A stretch of DNA of 64,000 bases from the human T2T-CHM13v2.0 reference genome, Homo sapiens. A program made the translations under genes and the position numbers. The DNA lies in assembly GCF_009914755.1 (NCBI RefSeq), contig NC_060939.1. One strand, 5' to 3'. The notes beneath the pieces were generated by a model that ran no database searches, had not been told where the DNA came from, and was given only the letters and a program-made list of their open reading frames with translations. Numbering within the stretch: position 1 is the stretch's first letter; each line of letters begins with the position of its first letter. Positions 14,368 through 30,869 of this stretch are shown one piece after another.

Positions 14368-14995
14368 AGAATTATGGAGTTTTTTGAAAAACATATCCGC
14401 ATTGCTATTATCATAGCACAAACAATAACTCCCATATCACCCAATATGCTACAGTGATCAAACTTTTCTGATTATGTCATGTCATTTTATTGTTGCCTCA
14501 TTCAAATCAGAACACAAGCAAGACCCAACCTTCCTCTGTTCTGCCTTTGCCATGCATTTAGTGGAGTTGGTCTACTTGTCCTGCAAATGTCCCACACCCC
14601 ATGTGGCCGACTGCATGCCTGCTGTGGTACTGACAACATTCCTCCATCACTGTATTTCATGTGAACGAAGAGAGATGCGTCTGGAAGCACACACTAACAA
14701 TTACTTTTTATTGCCTAAACGACCTGCTCAAACCTCAAGATCTACCATTTCAGAGGAAATACAGCTTGACCACCACCATAGGGATGCAAAAGCCAAGTTG
14801 AGAATATGAAGAATGCTACAGGAAACAATTACTCAGTTTTTTTTTTCTTTAGCAAGAAAAAAAACCAAGAGTGACTTAAGTGTAGTGTAGAATGCAAACA
14901 TCATCTGAATCAGAAACTGCAAAAGGACATTTACAAGATAATTAGGAAAATCTGGACACTGACTGAATATTATATGACATTAAAGAGTAATTATT

Positions 14996-15328
<333 letters not shown>

Positions 15329-15539
15329 TTATATTTTGTTAAGCCCTGTCAGAGATGAATATTGAAGCAAGTGCTCCTGAAATAAGACCATGACTAGGAC
15401 TTGCTGAGGCAGGGAAGTAAGGTGGGAGGGAGAAAGTGAAACATGACTGGCAAAATGTTGATAAATGTTGAAGCTGGGTGACAGGTTTGTGAGGGTTCCA
15501 GCATACTTTCTATTTTTGTTTACATGTTAGAAAAAACCC

Positions 15540-15840
15540 GGCTGGGTGCGGTGCCTCATGCCTGTAAATGCCAGCACTTTGGGAGGCCAAGGTGGGCAGA
15601 TCACCTGAGGTCAGGAGTTCGAGACCAGCCTGGCCAACATGACAAAACCCCGTCTCTATTAAAAATACAAAAATTAGCTGGGTGAGGTGGTGGGCACCTG
15701 TAATCCCAGCTACTCGGAAGGCTGCGGCAGGAGAATCACTTGAACCCAGGATGTGGTGGTTGCGGTAAGCTGAGATCTGCCACTGCACTCCAGCCTGGGC
15801 GACAGAGTGAGACTCAGTCTCAAAAAAAAGAAAAGAAAAT
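15540..15840 (+). mobile_element. AluS
   Basis: Alu dimer. Confidence 0.9.
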
Positions 15841-16334
15841 TCCCATAACAAACTATTTGTACAGCAAAGGCCATGCTTAAGATGCAGTGGCTCCACAGGA
15901 ATGGTACAGTCTAGTTCTTTGGTCAGCTGGGGGCATGCAGGTTAGGTCAGGAGTTTTCCATTTACCTGCAATGCTTCGTATTTCTCATGTACATGACATA
16001 CACTAAGTATCACAGGATGAATGGTTTTGAATTGAAAATTTCTTGGATTAAAGATATCTTTTACGAATGATAATCTCCATTGTTGATTTAATTACTTAGT
16101 TTCTGGTTTGGCTAAAGTAAAAACATCCTCTGAACTATGTAACTAAGGCACTCTACAGGCTGTATTCGGTTACATTGCAATAAGTTACCAGTAAAATGCA
16201 TTAAAACTCAAGATTAATTTTTTCAGATAAATTCAATATTATCTTTCATTTTTATAGTTTGCCAATTTCTTCACTTATTAGCACCACTGGTATTGGCTAT
16301 AATGAATCAGTGTATTATGAAATAGTTCCATGAC

Positions 16335-16570
16335 ATTCCAGAATAAATGGTAACTACTGTGAATGTACTACGTATTTCAAAATAGCTAAAAGAGAGGATT
16401 TTAAATGTTCTCACCACAAAAAAGTGATAAATATTTGAGGTGATGGATACATTATTTAGCATGATTTGATCATTCCACAAAGTATACATGTAACAAAACA
16501 TCACAGTGTTCTCCAAAAATAAATACAAATTATTACAAATTACTATTTGGTTAAAACTAAAATAAAACTT
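16335..16570 (+). mobile_element. L1MA-type 3' end fragment
   Basis: TTTCAAAATAGCTAAAAGAGAGGATTTTAAATGTTCTCACCACAAA. Confidence 0.65.
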
Positions 16571-16726
16571 TTTTAAAAAATGAATGGTTAACTACATTTA
16601 ATAATTAAAAAATAAACTCATCAGTTATAAACTTTAAATGAATACAAAAATCAACTATTTGATATTTTTATCTGCTATCATTATAATTAGTCTACACCAG
16701 ACAACAGTATACATAGTACAAAAATA

Positions 16727-17053
<327 letters not shown>

Positions 17054-17699
17054 AACAAAAGTATCTTAATTTGTCTTATTTTACATATATTTAATGTATT
17101 AAAAATCATGCTGACATCCTATGTGGAAAGGTTTACTAAAAATTTGAGAGAGAGAGATAATTGCTGATCTGTAGTATGTGGGTACTGTTTAAAAGAACCT
17201 TCACTGATTCTTTCAAACTTTTCCAGAGATAAACTTAGACTCATTTTGAAAGCTGCCTTATTAACCAAAAAATTGCCACTCCGTGACAAGTTCAGCACTT
17301 GATGCCAACAGGTGTGACGACAAAAAAGCAACTTCAGCGTCACATATATGGTCAGGAAAACCACCAGAAACTGAGATATTTAATGAAAACCGAAGTGTTC
17401 AGATGCAATCAGCAACCTAAAATGCCTGATGAAAACTTTTGCTAGGAGCAGTTACCAAGTATACCTCTGCTACCAAAGAGAGTGAGAATGAAATTTGTTT
17501 CCTTTTCAAGCTGAACTGATAAGCAGCAAATTCAGTTGTACAAAATAAGTTGTATCTTTTAAAGTGTCAAAATTTAAAACAGAAAGAACCAATTATTTAA
17601 ACGGGGAAAAACTGGGCTCAATGCTAGTATAGAAATGGCCAAGTCACCTCCCTTGTCATCTGTAAATCATCCAAATGGAACACTAGCATAGCTACTTAC

Positions 17700-17791
17700 C
17701 TCTGTGCAGTCATTCAGAAGGGGCACTGTGGTGTCAGAAGGGTTAATATTGATTGTCTTTAGTTCAATAAGGTTATTCAGGGAATTTCCAC
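17700..17791 (-). CDS. HERC2: HERC2 window exon 30/40 (DOC domain)
   Basis: (G)GNSLNNLIELKTININPSDTTVPLLNDCTE|gtaagt; 92 nt. Confidence 0.93.
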
Positions 17792-17873
17792 CTAGGAAAA
17801 AATGGGTAAAGAATCAAACAAAGGCGTCTTTATTATAGAAGGTACTTCTTTTTAGGTAAACTAACTGAATTAC

Positions 17874-17979
17874 CTGACACTACAACCAGGGACGGCATGT
17901 AGCTACTGTCAGCAGGATCTACGATCATTTTTAATCTATGAACAAGAACATCTGGGAAAATCTCCAAACGAATCCAGTG
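17874..17979 (-). CDS. HERC2: HERC2 window exon 29/40 (DOC domain)
   Basis: [10 protein letters not shown]...[12 protein letters not shown]|gtaatt; 106 nt. Confidence 0.93.
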
Positions 17980-18695
17980 CTTTAGAAAAACAAAAAAACC
18001 ACATTCTCAGTTAGCAAAATTCAGCTATATTTTAGCTACTACAATAGTATCGTTGAAGCTTGAATCTACATGAGATTTTTTCAATATAAAATGTAGCATG
18101 AGAGAGAATTTTCCCTCAACCTGGCAGCAACAAGAATATTCTACGCCATTCTTTGATTGTTAGAGAAAAGTCTCACTCTAAGACTCAGAAACCATGTATC
18201 TATATACTCCTGGCCTAGGGTGGTCCTTTTACCCACCAAGTGAGTGACAGAAAACACTACAGTCGAGATGGAGAAAGGCCCTGTCCTAAAGTCTGACCTG
18301 TGTGCCCACGAGGTGCCTCCACGCGTTGGTGTAATCACAACAGCACTCCAATGTGCAACACAAATTTGCTAGACTATACTAGAAAAACTTCTAACCAGAA
18401 GCAAATCTGAATTCATACATTCTATGCAGGAGAGGAGGAAAAAAAGCCTGACCACATCCTCTATCAAGTGGTCAGTTAGATAAAATCTATTACTCGTATT
18501 GTTTAAAATCTCTGACAATAAAATTGGATGGTATATAACTCTAACTTTGAAATAACTTATAAATTAAAACATAACGTGAGTACTGACAGGTGCTATCAGC
18601 AAAACTTTGCAGGCTGCTCAAAGTTCATTTTGAAAATGTACAAGGCAAAACCATCGGTGTGAAAGTGCCCGCTGCTGTGCCCTATTAGATGCTAC

Positions 18696-18886
18696 CTTTC
18701 CTTGCGACCCCGATGACTGCCAGCAGGGCTCGCTGCCGTCAATGAGACGGGATGCCTGGTTCACGGAGGACGACACATTCAGGCTCTTCACCATGCGGGA
18801 CCAGCTGTCCAGCAGCATGCCTGGCTGGCTGCTGTGGCAACGCTTCAGCTGTTTTCCAGAACGGCCACAAAATACCGCAGACTGAC
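18696..18886 (-). CDS. HERC2: HERC2 window exon 28/40 (DOC/APC10 domain)
   Basis: (G)QSAVFCGRS...CWQSSGSQGK|gtagca; 191 nt. Confidence 0.92.
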
Positions 18887-20743
18887 CTATTTCGTGATAG
18901 TCAAAAAGAGAATTAACCCTTGCTGAACTGGGGAGAAACATCATGATCAAGAATATTACATAGTAAGGAGCTTCTTAAAGAAAAATAGAAAGTTTCAAAC
19001 TGAAAGGAGTTAATAAATGCCACAAATGGTTTCCCTAGTCAAGATATAGTTACACCAATTTATGAGATGAAGTCCACATAATGCTATGATTTATTCTACT
19101 AAAACCTCCCAGGGAACAACAGCAGATTAATATATTTCCAAAGAAAACAAAATAAGCTGTGGGAAAAGTTCAATAACAGCACTCACAAAAACCATTCTTA
19201 TTAAAAATGCTTTTATAAATACAAGGCAAAAAGTAAATTGTAAAGTGCTTCCACTTCCATTAATGGCAAATCTGGAATTCAACTGGCATTCCCCATCAAA
19301 GACAACTAGTAAAGCCAGACAAAACACTCAAAAATAAATAAATTCTCTTCGAACTATCAGAATTCAGGAGAAAATAAAGAATTACAAGGTCAGAACCGCA
19401 GGAAGACCCGAGGCGAATGGAGGTGTCAAGATGACGCACACCACGGATCAGAGGCTGCTGTTCCCTGATGGCATCACCAGGTTCCAAGCAAAGTCCCTGA
19501 GACGACACATAGCATTTTGACAGCCTCGTGAAGGGAAGGGAAAGGAATGGGGTCCAGAAAGACCAGGAAGGCTGAGGATGCTACAGAAATACAACCCACA
19601 CTTGGAACCCCAACAGGAAATACCCCAAAAGTCAGAGTGAACTATGAAGGGTTTTTGGGTTTCCCTTTTTTTTTTTCCAACAGATTGCAACTCAGCATAA
19701 AATCATCTCAATCAATGAATGCTGATTAAGGTAAGCCCAGATAGTCACTAACCTTTACCAAGTAGCTCACAGAACAACCTTCTCTCCTCCATTCCTTGGA
19801 GAACAATAACATCTTAGCCTCAAAATGAGTCAAGAAATAACTTTTTAAATACAATGTCCAGTACATAATGACACATGAAAAGGCAAGAAAATATGACTAA
19901 AAATTACCAGAAATGATAGGACAGAAACAGACCCACAAAGGCTCCATATATTGGAGTTAGAAGACACAGACTTTAATATAATAACTATGCTTACTGTGTT
20001 CAAAAAGATAATATTTCAGCAGAGAACCAAAAACTACTGAAAATAAAACAGAAAGACTAGAACTGATAAATTGAATAATTAAAATTAAGAACTTAATGAG
20101 TAAGTTTAGAACACACTGAACTCAGCTGAAGAGAAAGTAAAAATATCTGGAATGAAGAACTGAGGAACAAAAGTTTAGAAAACATAACAAGAAGGTAAAA
20201 GATCTGCAGGACAGAGGTTAGGCCTAACACAAATGAAAGAAGAGTCCCCCCAAAAAGATAGAAAAGAGAATAGAGCAGAGGCAACATGTGAAGAAATACT
20301 GAAAGACAGAATTTTCCAAAACAGACAACAGATATCATGCCCCAGAAGCCCTACCAACCCCAAGAAAGATAAACATCTCCATGCACATGTAAAACCTGTG
20401 CAAGATGAAAACAAAAAGACTCTCTGAAAAGCAGACGAAGGAAAAATAAAATGAACCACAATTAGACTTCCATCCAACTTCAGGAGAAATAATATAAACC
20501 AAATTGCAATGGAATACTATTTTTAAAGTGGTGAAAGAAAACACCTAGCAAAAAGACTTTTCAAAAATAAAGGAGAAATAAAGACATTTTCAGACATACA
20601 AAAATAGACAATTTGTAACCCACAAAGACACATTTTTAAAAATATCAAGGGGTATCTTCAGGCAGGAGAAAAACAGTATAGATGGAAAATTAAAGAGGAA
20701 GAAAAAAGTGGAGAGAAATTACAAAGTATGCAGAAAAATCTAA

Positions 20744-21362
<619 letters not shown>

Positions 21363-21508
21363 GATCCTTTGACATTTTTTGGAACTTTTGTTTGAGCATA
21401 TGACCCACTTAGCATATGACTGGATTTTATGAACATTTTCTGTGTGCATAAAAGAATGTCTTCTATAGTTCTGTTAGATATGTATTTATATAAAATGTAT
21501 AAAATTTT

Positions 21509-21803
21509 GGCTGGATGCAGTGGCTCATGCATGTAACCCCAGCACTTTGGGAGACTGAGGTGGGTGGATCACCTGAGGTCAGGAGTTCAAGAGCAGCCTG
21601 GCCAACATGGTGAAATCTCACCTCTACTAAAAATACAAAAATTAGCCAGGCATGGTGGTGGGAGCCTGTAATCCCAGCTACTCGGGAGGCTGATGCAGGA
21701 GAATTGCTTGAGCCCGGGAGGTGTCAGTTACAGTGAGCCAGGATCGCGCCACTGCACTCCAGCCTGGGCAACAGAGTGAGACTCCGTCTCAAAAAAAAAA
21801 AAA
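21509..21803 (+). mobile_element. AluS
   Basis: Alu dimer. Confidence 0.9.
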
Positions 21804-21946
21804 ATTAAAATATGTTAAGAACATATAAATCAGAATGAAGATAAATGATCTTAAAGAGAACTAAGGTTTTTGCATTGTTTAGGTGGAGAATATACTAATA
21901 ATAGATTTAAATGAGTCAAAAATAGATGTTATAATTAATATCTTCA

Positions 21947-22243
<297 letters not shown>

Positions 22244-22949
22244 TTAAAAAGGATGACGTTCTGACACATGCTACAATACGGATGAAGCTTAAATACATTA
22301 CGCTAAACACAAAAGGATAAATCTTATATGGTTTCACCTAGATGAGATGTCTGGAGTGGTCATATTCATAGAGACCAAAGTTAGATTCAAGGTTACCAGG
22401 GTTGGGGTAAGGGGAAGTAGGGCAGTTAAATTGCTTAATGGGTACAGAGTTTCTGATCGGAGTGGTGAAAAGTTTTGGTAAGAGACAGTTGTGATGGTTG
22501 TGCAACACTGTACTTAAGGTACTTAATACCCTGAATTATAAACTTAGAAAATGATTAAGTGGCTAATTTTAAGTTATATATATTTTGCCACAATGACAAA
22601 TACAATAAAAGGTATATAAATTAAAAAACTCACTCTCCATCTAACCAATTCCACATGCCATGCAACTAAACACTTACTAGTTTCTTGAGATTCTTTTAAT
22701 GTTTCTTTATGGAAAAACAAGCAAACAAGCCTAGTTATTCTAATTCTTCCCCGACACCCCATCCTGATTTTTTTAAAAAGCCAGCCAGTCATCAGCGGGT
22801 AGGACCGTCACTTCCGTCTCACTGTACTCACTCTACAGAATTACTGTATACATAGGAACCTTAAAATAACAAATTCCAATACACTGTGGTCCACAATAAG
22901 TATTTCATTAATATTTGGTGGAAGAGAGAATATAAACATTCTGCCATAC

Positions 22950-23089
22950 CTGGTTCATTTATTCTGCCAAATGTATGCCTGGTATTGTGTTTTTTGGTCT
23001 TGAAACACGTTTCACAAAAATCAAAGTCATCACAGTTTCTGCATTTGAATCTGGATCCATTGATAGGAAACATCTGACATCCATCACAC
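22950..23089 (-). CDS. HERC2: HERC2 window exon 27/40 (ZZ zinc finger)
   Basis: (T)CDGCQMFPINGSRFKCRNCDDFDFCETCF...HNTRHTF..INEP|gtatgg; 140 nt; CxxC-CxxC-CxxC-H-H pattern. Confidence 0.95.
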
Positions 23090-23195
23090 CTATTTGTAAA
23101 ATAGCAACTGAGTTAAGAAAGGTCATTTATTAAACTTAATTCAACAGAAAACCATTCGTCCCAAAGCAAATCTAGCAACCATAAAAATAACTCAC

Positions 23196-23304
23196 GTAAC
23201 CCCAGGATGAATACTGGGTACCAACTCCATTTCTGATAGCAACCCAGTCCAGTGAGACTGCTGGGGAAAGTCGACAATGATATCTTTTCCATTGGCACTG
23301 AAAG
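23196..23304 (-). CDS. HERC2: HERC2 window exon 26/40
   Basis: (A)FSANGKDIIVDFPQQSHW...HPGV|gtgagt; 109 nt, phase 1-2. Confidence 0.92.
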
Positions 23305-24206
23305 CTAGGACAGAACAGAAATCACCTGATCCATCTTCCTCTTCACCAATAAAAACCTGAACTTAAAACTGCACCTAGCCATGTCATACTACATTGTAGT
23401 TATTTTTTTTTTACAAAGAGTCTACCTTTTAGAGATAGGTACTAAAATGCTTATGGATGAACTAATACATGATGTCAGCGCCTGGTTTCAAAATAATCAC
23501 AAGAAGGGAGCATGAATAATTTTGGCCTGAGGCGACAATCGTTAAAGCCAGGTAATGAGCACATGGAGGTTCATTGTAAACTACATTCCTTACTTTTGCA
23601 TTAGGTTTAAAATAGGACATTTTGGTTTTTAATTACACCAAGTCAACAATTCCATACAATACCTTCGGTATCTCAGGGAATAAAAACCACATTAATAACA
23701 TGAAGACTTCTTTCGTCCTTTGATAAGAGCAACGTGTCACTCAAAACAAAGAAACCAAATTCTTATTTTTAAAATTTGTCTTGTTTTGATTTGCAAATAT
23801 TTTAACAATCTCTTAAGCAAAGAAAAATGTTTAAAGTAAAATATTAAATAATCCATTTGTTTTTATGTAACATGAGAAGCTCTAGGAACCTCTCACCACT
23901 GGGGAACCACCAACTGTGGCCATTTTCTAAGCGATCTGATGAAAAGAGAGCCTTCCACAAGGTTCAAACAAACAAATAATCTCTTTATGGCATCAAGAGT
24001 TTATAAAACTATACACATACTTATTTCTCATGCAACTGTTAAAACGGACATAGTATACCTTTCAAAGTGTGCCACGGATTTGATTTGGAATCTCAATAGT
24101 ATCATATTAAATATAATCTGAGAATTGTTCCCAGTTCCTAATTCCCATCATTAGCACATTTCCATTTCTTAAATTCAGTCCTAAATTTTTATACAGCATG
24201 AAAAAG

Positions 24207-24462
24207 AGCCAGGCATGGTGGCTCACGCCTGTAATCCCAACACTTTGGGAGGCTGAGGCAGGCGGATCAATAGGTAAGGAGTTCGAGACCAGCCTGGCCA
24301 ACATGGTGAAACCCCATCTCTACTAAAAATACAAAAATTATCCAGGCATGGTGGTGGGCACCTGTAATCCCAGCTACTCTGGAGGCTGAGACTGGAGAAT
24401 TCCTTAAACCTGGGGGCGGAGGTTGCAGTGAGTCAAGATGGCGCCACTGCACTCCAGCCTGG
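24207..24462 (+). mobile_element. AluS, 3' truncated
   Basis: Alu sequence stops at CCAGCCTGG. Confidence 0.85.
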
Positions 24463-24981
24463 TCAGGGGAGGAGAAAGAAAAAGCAGTCCTGACAGTCAG
24501 GAGCTGGCCTGTTAATGTCAATGTTAGAACATTTCACAGAATAACTGACAGGACAAGTTTACAGAACACGAACATCAGGTAAGGCCACTCTGTGACTGAT
24601 GAATCAAGGCACAACCAAAACCCCTACTTAACCATGTGTGATTAAAGTTGAGTCTAATCCAAACCACAAACAACCACACAGTCCCCTATCCTGGTGATAT
24701 GAATGACTACTTCCTTACCAATCATGACGTTAGCATGGCTCCATTCTTTCTGCCTGCTAGGTAAATTTATTAAGACATCCTGTTTTAGGATTACCCCTGC
24801 TTTCTCGACCCCTCCCCCAAATACCCAACATAAACTTCATTAGTCCTCGCTCACTCCCTCTGATGGAGACACCCATTCCCCAAGGTGTGTGTTCTCCTGT
24901 ACTGCAATGAGTTAATATTAATAAATCTAATTGTTTCACTGCAGGTGAGTTCCTCTGTGGCCTTTGGCAGAAGGCACTGAC
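24462..24981 (+). mobile_element. LTR-like element (family uncertain) abutting a 3'-truncated Alu
   Basis: ~520 bp, AATAAA at ~24920, ends ...CACTGACA. Confidence 0.4.
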
Positions 24982-25112
24982 AAGCAAAGGAACACTCTAT
25001 CTTTCTTCAACACTTGTTTTCTGTTTTGTGTGCTTGAACAAAAAGAAATACTAAGTACACATGCGTTAATGAAAAGTTAACATCAGGAATTTTATTACCC
25101 AGATAATATTAC

Positions 25113-25238
25113 CTTTCACAACCCCCACACTCTGATGAGTCACAGATCCCCATTTGTATTTTGGTGTGGTGACAGAGGCTTTGACCCGCACTTTATCACC
25201 AATCTTGATGTGAGAAGAAGAACTTGGTGGAGGATAGC
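25113..25238 (-). CDS. HERC2: HERC2 window exon 25/40 (SH3-like Mib/KEG-type repeat)
   Basis: (G)YPPPSSSSHIKIGDKVRVKASVTTPKYKWG...GVVK|gtaata; 126 nt. Confidence 0.93.
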
Positions 25239-25335
25239 CTACAGATGTCAATAACAAATCATTATAATCAATATTCATTTAAGGGAATTTTGTCTCTAAG
25301 AAAAAACAAAAGCACTGAACAAAGAATGTGCTCAC

Positions 25336-25504
25336 CTATAAGTTCCACATGAATGTACCTAACCCAGTAGGTGCCCCCTTTCTGCTGCCAGTCACACTGC
25401 ACATTGAGATCATGCAATCCATCTCTGTCCAGCTTGATGACTTTGCCAACATCACCTTCGCACACTTCTTCATACGCTCGGCAGCATCTAACCATCATTC
25501 CCAC
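25336..25504 (-). CDS. HERC2: HERC2 window exon 24/40 (CPH domain)
   Basis: [14 protein letters not shown]...[13 protein letters not shown]|gtgagc; 169 nt. Confidence 0.93.
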
Positions 25505-25600
25505 CTAGAATTAAAATGAAATTGGAGATCCAGTCCATCATGTACACAGGTGAAATGAGCCATGATAAGTAGTATTACTCTACTCTTAATAAAGAATTCT

Positions 25601-25898
<298 letters not shown>

Positions 25899-26684
25899 TC
25901 ATCTAGCACCCAGAGTGCATTCTAAGTATTATTTAATGATAAAGGGAAGAGAAACTCTTTAGAACACTGTCTGGCTTTGTGTCTCAGGCAGGAAATATAC
26001 AGGAAGAGCCTGGATCAACTTGTGTCATAAAGGAAGGGAGCTTTCAAAGATTACTGGGTTCACTCAAAAGGATTCCCTGATCATCAAAAACATAACAGTG
26101 GAAACATCACACCCTAAAAGCCAATGGATTGGTCATCATGATAATAAGGAAAACAAAGCTTCCTGGTCATCTTTATACATATCAGAACACCAATGCATCA
26201 TTCTGAAAACTGATAAAGTCTCCCTGTATTATCAAGAGCAACCAAGATTAATAACAAAGCTTTTTTTCCCAGAAGAGAATTCCAGCTAATGAACTCAGAG
26301 AAGATGAAGTTAGAAAATCACTATGGTGCAGCCCCTAATGATAGGTCTAGATGATGACGCTAATGCCTACTGGAGCTATGAGATGGATAATTAATACAGA
26401 ATGTCATCAAGGAAGGAGCAGGCTGACAAGACCTAACCCACCCAACCCTGCTTGCCTGTTGAGATGGGGCCGGAGGGAGTACATGCCTATGAAGCTTCCT
26501 GCCTGAGATTCAGCCTGGTCCAATCACCCTCCAACCCTAACTCCTATTGTATTGGAGAAACAGGGAGAGAGGAAGATGTTAGCCACAAGGAAGCCACCTC
26601 CAAATGCAGACTGTAAGACATTTGGAGGACATGGTTTCAGCTACAAATAAACAGCATGAAAGGAGAGGACGGGGGAAGGAGTAT

Positions 26685-27310
<626 letters not shown>

Positions 27311-28190
27311 GGGGAACCACTCTAGCTTGGAATAGACGTCAAAGATCCATCAACCAAATGTAGATAAGGCATACAATCTTGGTTGTATCCAAGTTCAAAA
27401 ACTAACCATTAAAGCCATTTCTGAGAAAACTGGAAAACTACAAGCAAGCGTTAGATATGAGATGATATTAAGGAATTATTATTTATTTTGTTAGGTAATG
27501 CTGGTAAACAGAAATGTCATTATGTTAAGATTCTTTATTAGTGATACTCACTGACATATATACAGGTGAAATGAGATGATTTGGGGGATTTTCTCTAAAA
27601 TATACTAAAACAAGAGAATTAGGACAAGAAATGATTTAAAGTAGATAAAGGACTATATAAAACATAATTAGATTTTTAAAGTTTGATGGCAATGAGAATT
27701 ACATAAGAAAAACAAGGAAAGGTATGTAGGAAGTGTCACAAGTGGGGCTAGTAGAAAACAGCCATCCCTGCGCCATGTCCACCGTGGACAGGCCACTTGT
27801 GCTCTCCGGCTGCCCCTGAGCCCATCTGCCCCTCTGTCCTCTGGCTACACCGGGGCAGCCACAGCAGCCTCTGTCTGGGTGCCCATCCTGCTCAGCCACC
27901 CTTCACACCCTGTAGGCTTTGCACCCATGTCACCTTCTCATTGCAGCCCCACATCCCTGTAATGTGCCCTCACTCCTACCCCTTTACTGTAGTCTGTTCT
28001 TTCTCATTCCAGGGTACACAGCACCTTCTAGCGTACCATGAGCTCACTGGTCAGGTATGTCTTCCAGCACCAGAAGGCAGGCTCCCTGAGGGCAGGGGCC
28101 TCTGTCCACTGATGTTTGGCATATAGGACATACTCAAATATTTGCTGAATGAAAAACGGATCGAGGCTCCAGCTTAAGACAATTACTCAC

Positions 28191-28289
28191 CTGAATATTC
28201 TCTCTCACATATACAGCATAATCATCATTACTCAAGAAATCAGCTCGTTTTTTGTACGTCTGGCTCTCCGTCACAACAGCACCAGTAGA
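28191..28289 (-). CDS. HERC2: HERC2 window exon 23/40 (start of CPH domain)
   Basis: STGAVVTESQ...RADFLSNDDYAVYVRENIQ|gtgagt; 99 nt. Confidence 0.93.
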
Positions 28290-28847
28290 CTGCAAGAAAT
28301 AAATACATTCAAACAAAAAAACAGGAGAACATGATAAACCTACTCAAAAAGAAATAAGTCTGTGAAATCTATAATATTAAAAAGTAGAGGATGAAATCCT
28401 TTATTTTCTCTATAAAAATCTTCATTTAAAAAAGACTAATAGCAGTAGCATAGTAGGCAGAATGAATCTCAAAAGCTACAAGTATACAAAATTTCCAAGG
28501 CACTTCCAAATTAATCCTACGAATAATTTACTCAGGTCAGAAACTGATGTGTCAAAACATGGTATTTTAATAAAATATCTTCTAATGGCTACCGAAGATC
28601 ATGAGATGTTTGAACAAGGGTCTGTTCTGAAGCTAAAAGTAATTATGATATAGAAACCCAATCATCCCTTCAGTAGTGAAACACAGCTTTGTTCTGTGCC
28701 CGGCAATACCATAGGTTGGTTTTATGGAACAGTCCACAGTAGATATAGTTAATTCTTTCAAGGGACAGAGAAAGCCAAGGTGTAAGACTGTTAGAGCGCT
28801 AGACGGACAGCGGCCCAGGTGCGGGCGGTCACATGGGAGGCACTGAC

Positions 28848-28984
28848 CATGGAGTAGGCGGCATCATCCACGTCCTCCACCACCTCCTCGTCAGAATACT
28901 CGTCGGACACCGTGTCTGCATCTGAGAGCTCCGTGACCTGTATGTCGGAGTGGTCCAGCAGCCACCCGACCAAGGCTTCCACAC
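28848..28984 (-). CDS. HERC2: HERC2 window exon 22/40 (UBA-like end, acidic linker)
   Basis: (G)VEALVGWLLDH...AAYSM|gtcagt; 137 nt. Confidence 0.92.
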
Positions 28985-29081
28985 CTAAGAGAGGCACACA
29001 CAGCACAGCAGCCACTGTGAGTCAACAGCCCTGAAGCGGGAACCCACACATACACAAGCAGAGGCCAGGAAAACGAAGTAC

Positions 29082-29349
29082 CAGGCAAGCTGGATGCATT
29101 CCCGGAAGCACCAGTGAGAGACTTCAGGGCAAACTCGATGTTCCTTCTGGAAAATCCCATCTCCATGAGCTGCACCACGATCGGCAGAGCGGGAACGGGC
29201 GACTGCTTGCGCCTCTTCACTCTGGCAGGGCGGATGTGCTGCACGGCGACAGGCGTGGTGGCCTCACTGGAGCTGCAGTCTTCAAATCCTGGGCTCGAAG
29301 GGTGAGTGGACTCCACAGCCAAGCACTGGCAAACGGCCAGTGCAGCAGC
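29082..29349 (-). CDS. HERC2: HERC2 window exon 21/40 (start of UBA-like domain)
   Basis: AAALAVCQCL...QLMEMGFSRRNIEFAL...ASSLP|gtactt; 268 nt; MGF motif typical of UBA domains. Confidence 0.92.
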
Positions 29350-30869
29350 CTGGGCAGACAAGAGGGTCCTGGGAGATTTGGGAAGTGCCCTCAGCTAGCT
29401 TACACAGTCTAGGAACACAGGGGTGATGGCCTTCTACTGTGAACTGCAGTATGCAAGTCTAGAAAGCCCGCATTCACATGTGTGTTTTTCAATGAGTTCC
29501 TAAAACATGTTAGAAAATGACAAAGCCAAGTTTCACGGTTTAATGCAGAGAAAATACGTGGGGGTAAAATAACTTGCCTGTTTCAGCAGACAGAGAGCCT
29601 ACTAAATTAGCCAAGTATCAATGTCCATTAAGGAAAACTTCATTACAGCCCCAAGCGAACAGTCACAGGGGCTTGAAGGAGCAGGGAGAAAGGCATTCCC
29701 CCTGCCTTAACCAGGCACTGTGGTGGCGGCCACAGGCACCTGTGTTTTAGACAGGCCAGAAATGACACAGGACTCTCATGTACCATTAAAACAACCCTCA
29801 ACTATTCAAGGGTTAAATAACCACAGTGAGGTTAAACAAGGTATTAAAAAGTAAGAGAAATAAAAGAGTATTAGTTGGGAAACACACTGCAATGAATCAG
29901 TGAACATCTAAACTGCCAGTCTCTGCAGCTGGGAACTCCCCACCTACAGCACAAATAGCACTTCCCTGATCTGTCTGTAACTCCCTGGTCCTCCTCCCCA
30001 GCTGCTCTCATAGCACTGACTTGCTATTTTGTTAAACGGAGCATGTGAGGAAGGAATCAGGAAGAAACCGAGGACACTGTGGAGCCCCCCGGTGCTCAGG
30101 AAGTATCAAAGCCTAGGGTTTTGCAGCGAAGTCTGGGTAACTTGGAAGTGACAGGTTTCATTCTAAAAGTTTAAAATTCAGAGCCAGATTGAGCCAAGAG
30201 TTCTGGTTCTGATAATTGAGAGTTAGGATGCACTGGACTAACCTTTGGCTGATAATAATCATGAACTCTGGATAAAATATTTTTTAAAACTGCTTGAGGG
30301 CACTGGAGAACAGCTGACGCAATCAGCAATAAAACGAGTACAACCCCTGACCCCGAGAAGCCTGCATGCAAGACGCGCATTTAACCACAGACGGCGCACC
30401 TTCCTGCACTGCAGGGGCTGGGGTCCCGGCCTGGCAGAGTAACCAGAATGCGAGGGAAAGCCCGCCTGAGAAAGAAACCACAGAGGGAAAACCACGAAAT
30501 ATGCGGACGGACTACCCGCAAATCTACAGCTGAATCTAAACTGAAGCACCACTGAAGAGCCTGCGCTCGGCACAAAGGGACCGCTGGAAGGCTGCAGGGG
30601 CTCCCCAGCTGCCCAGGGCCAGGACAGCATCTGAGGCTCAAGCTCAACCAACTAGAGGTGGGGAGGAGAATGTCAAGGCTTCCAGTGACGCCCAGAAGAG
30701 ATTCTAAATCCTTGAGAATTAAGGATCCACAACCAGGGCTAAGGGCAAATACAAAATCATTAGAAAGCCTGGCACCAAGCCACCTCAGGATCAAGGAGGA
30801 CTGCCAGGTACTGAACTGCCTGTGAGAAGAAAACTCCCCTTTCTCCAGAGGCGGCAGAACCCAGAGCCA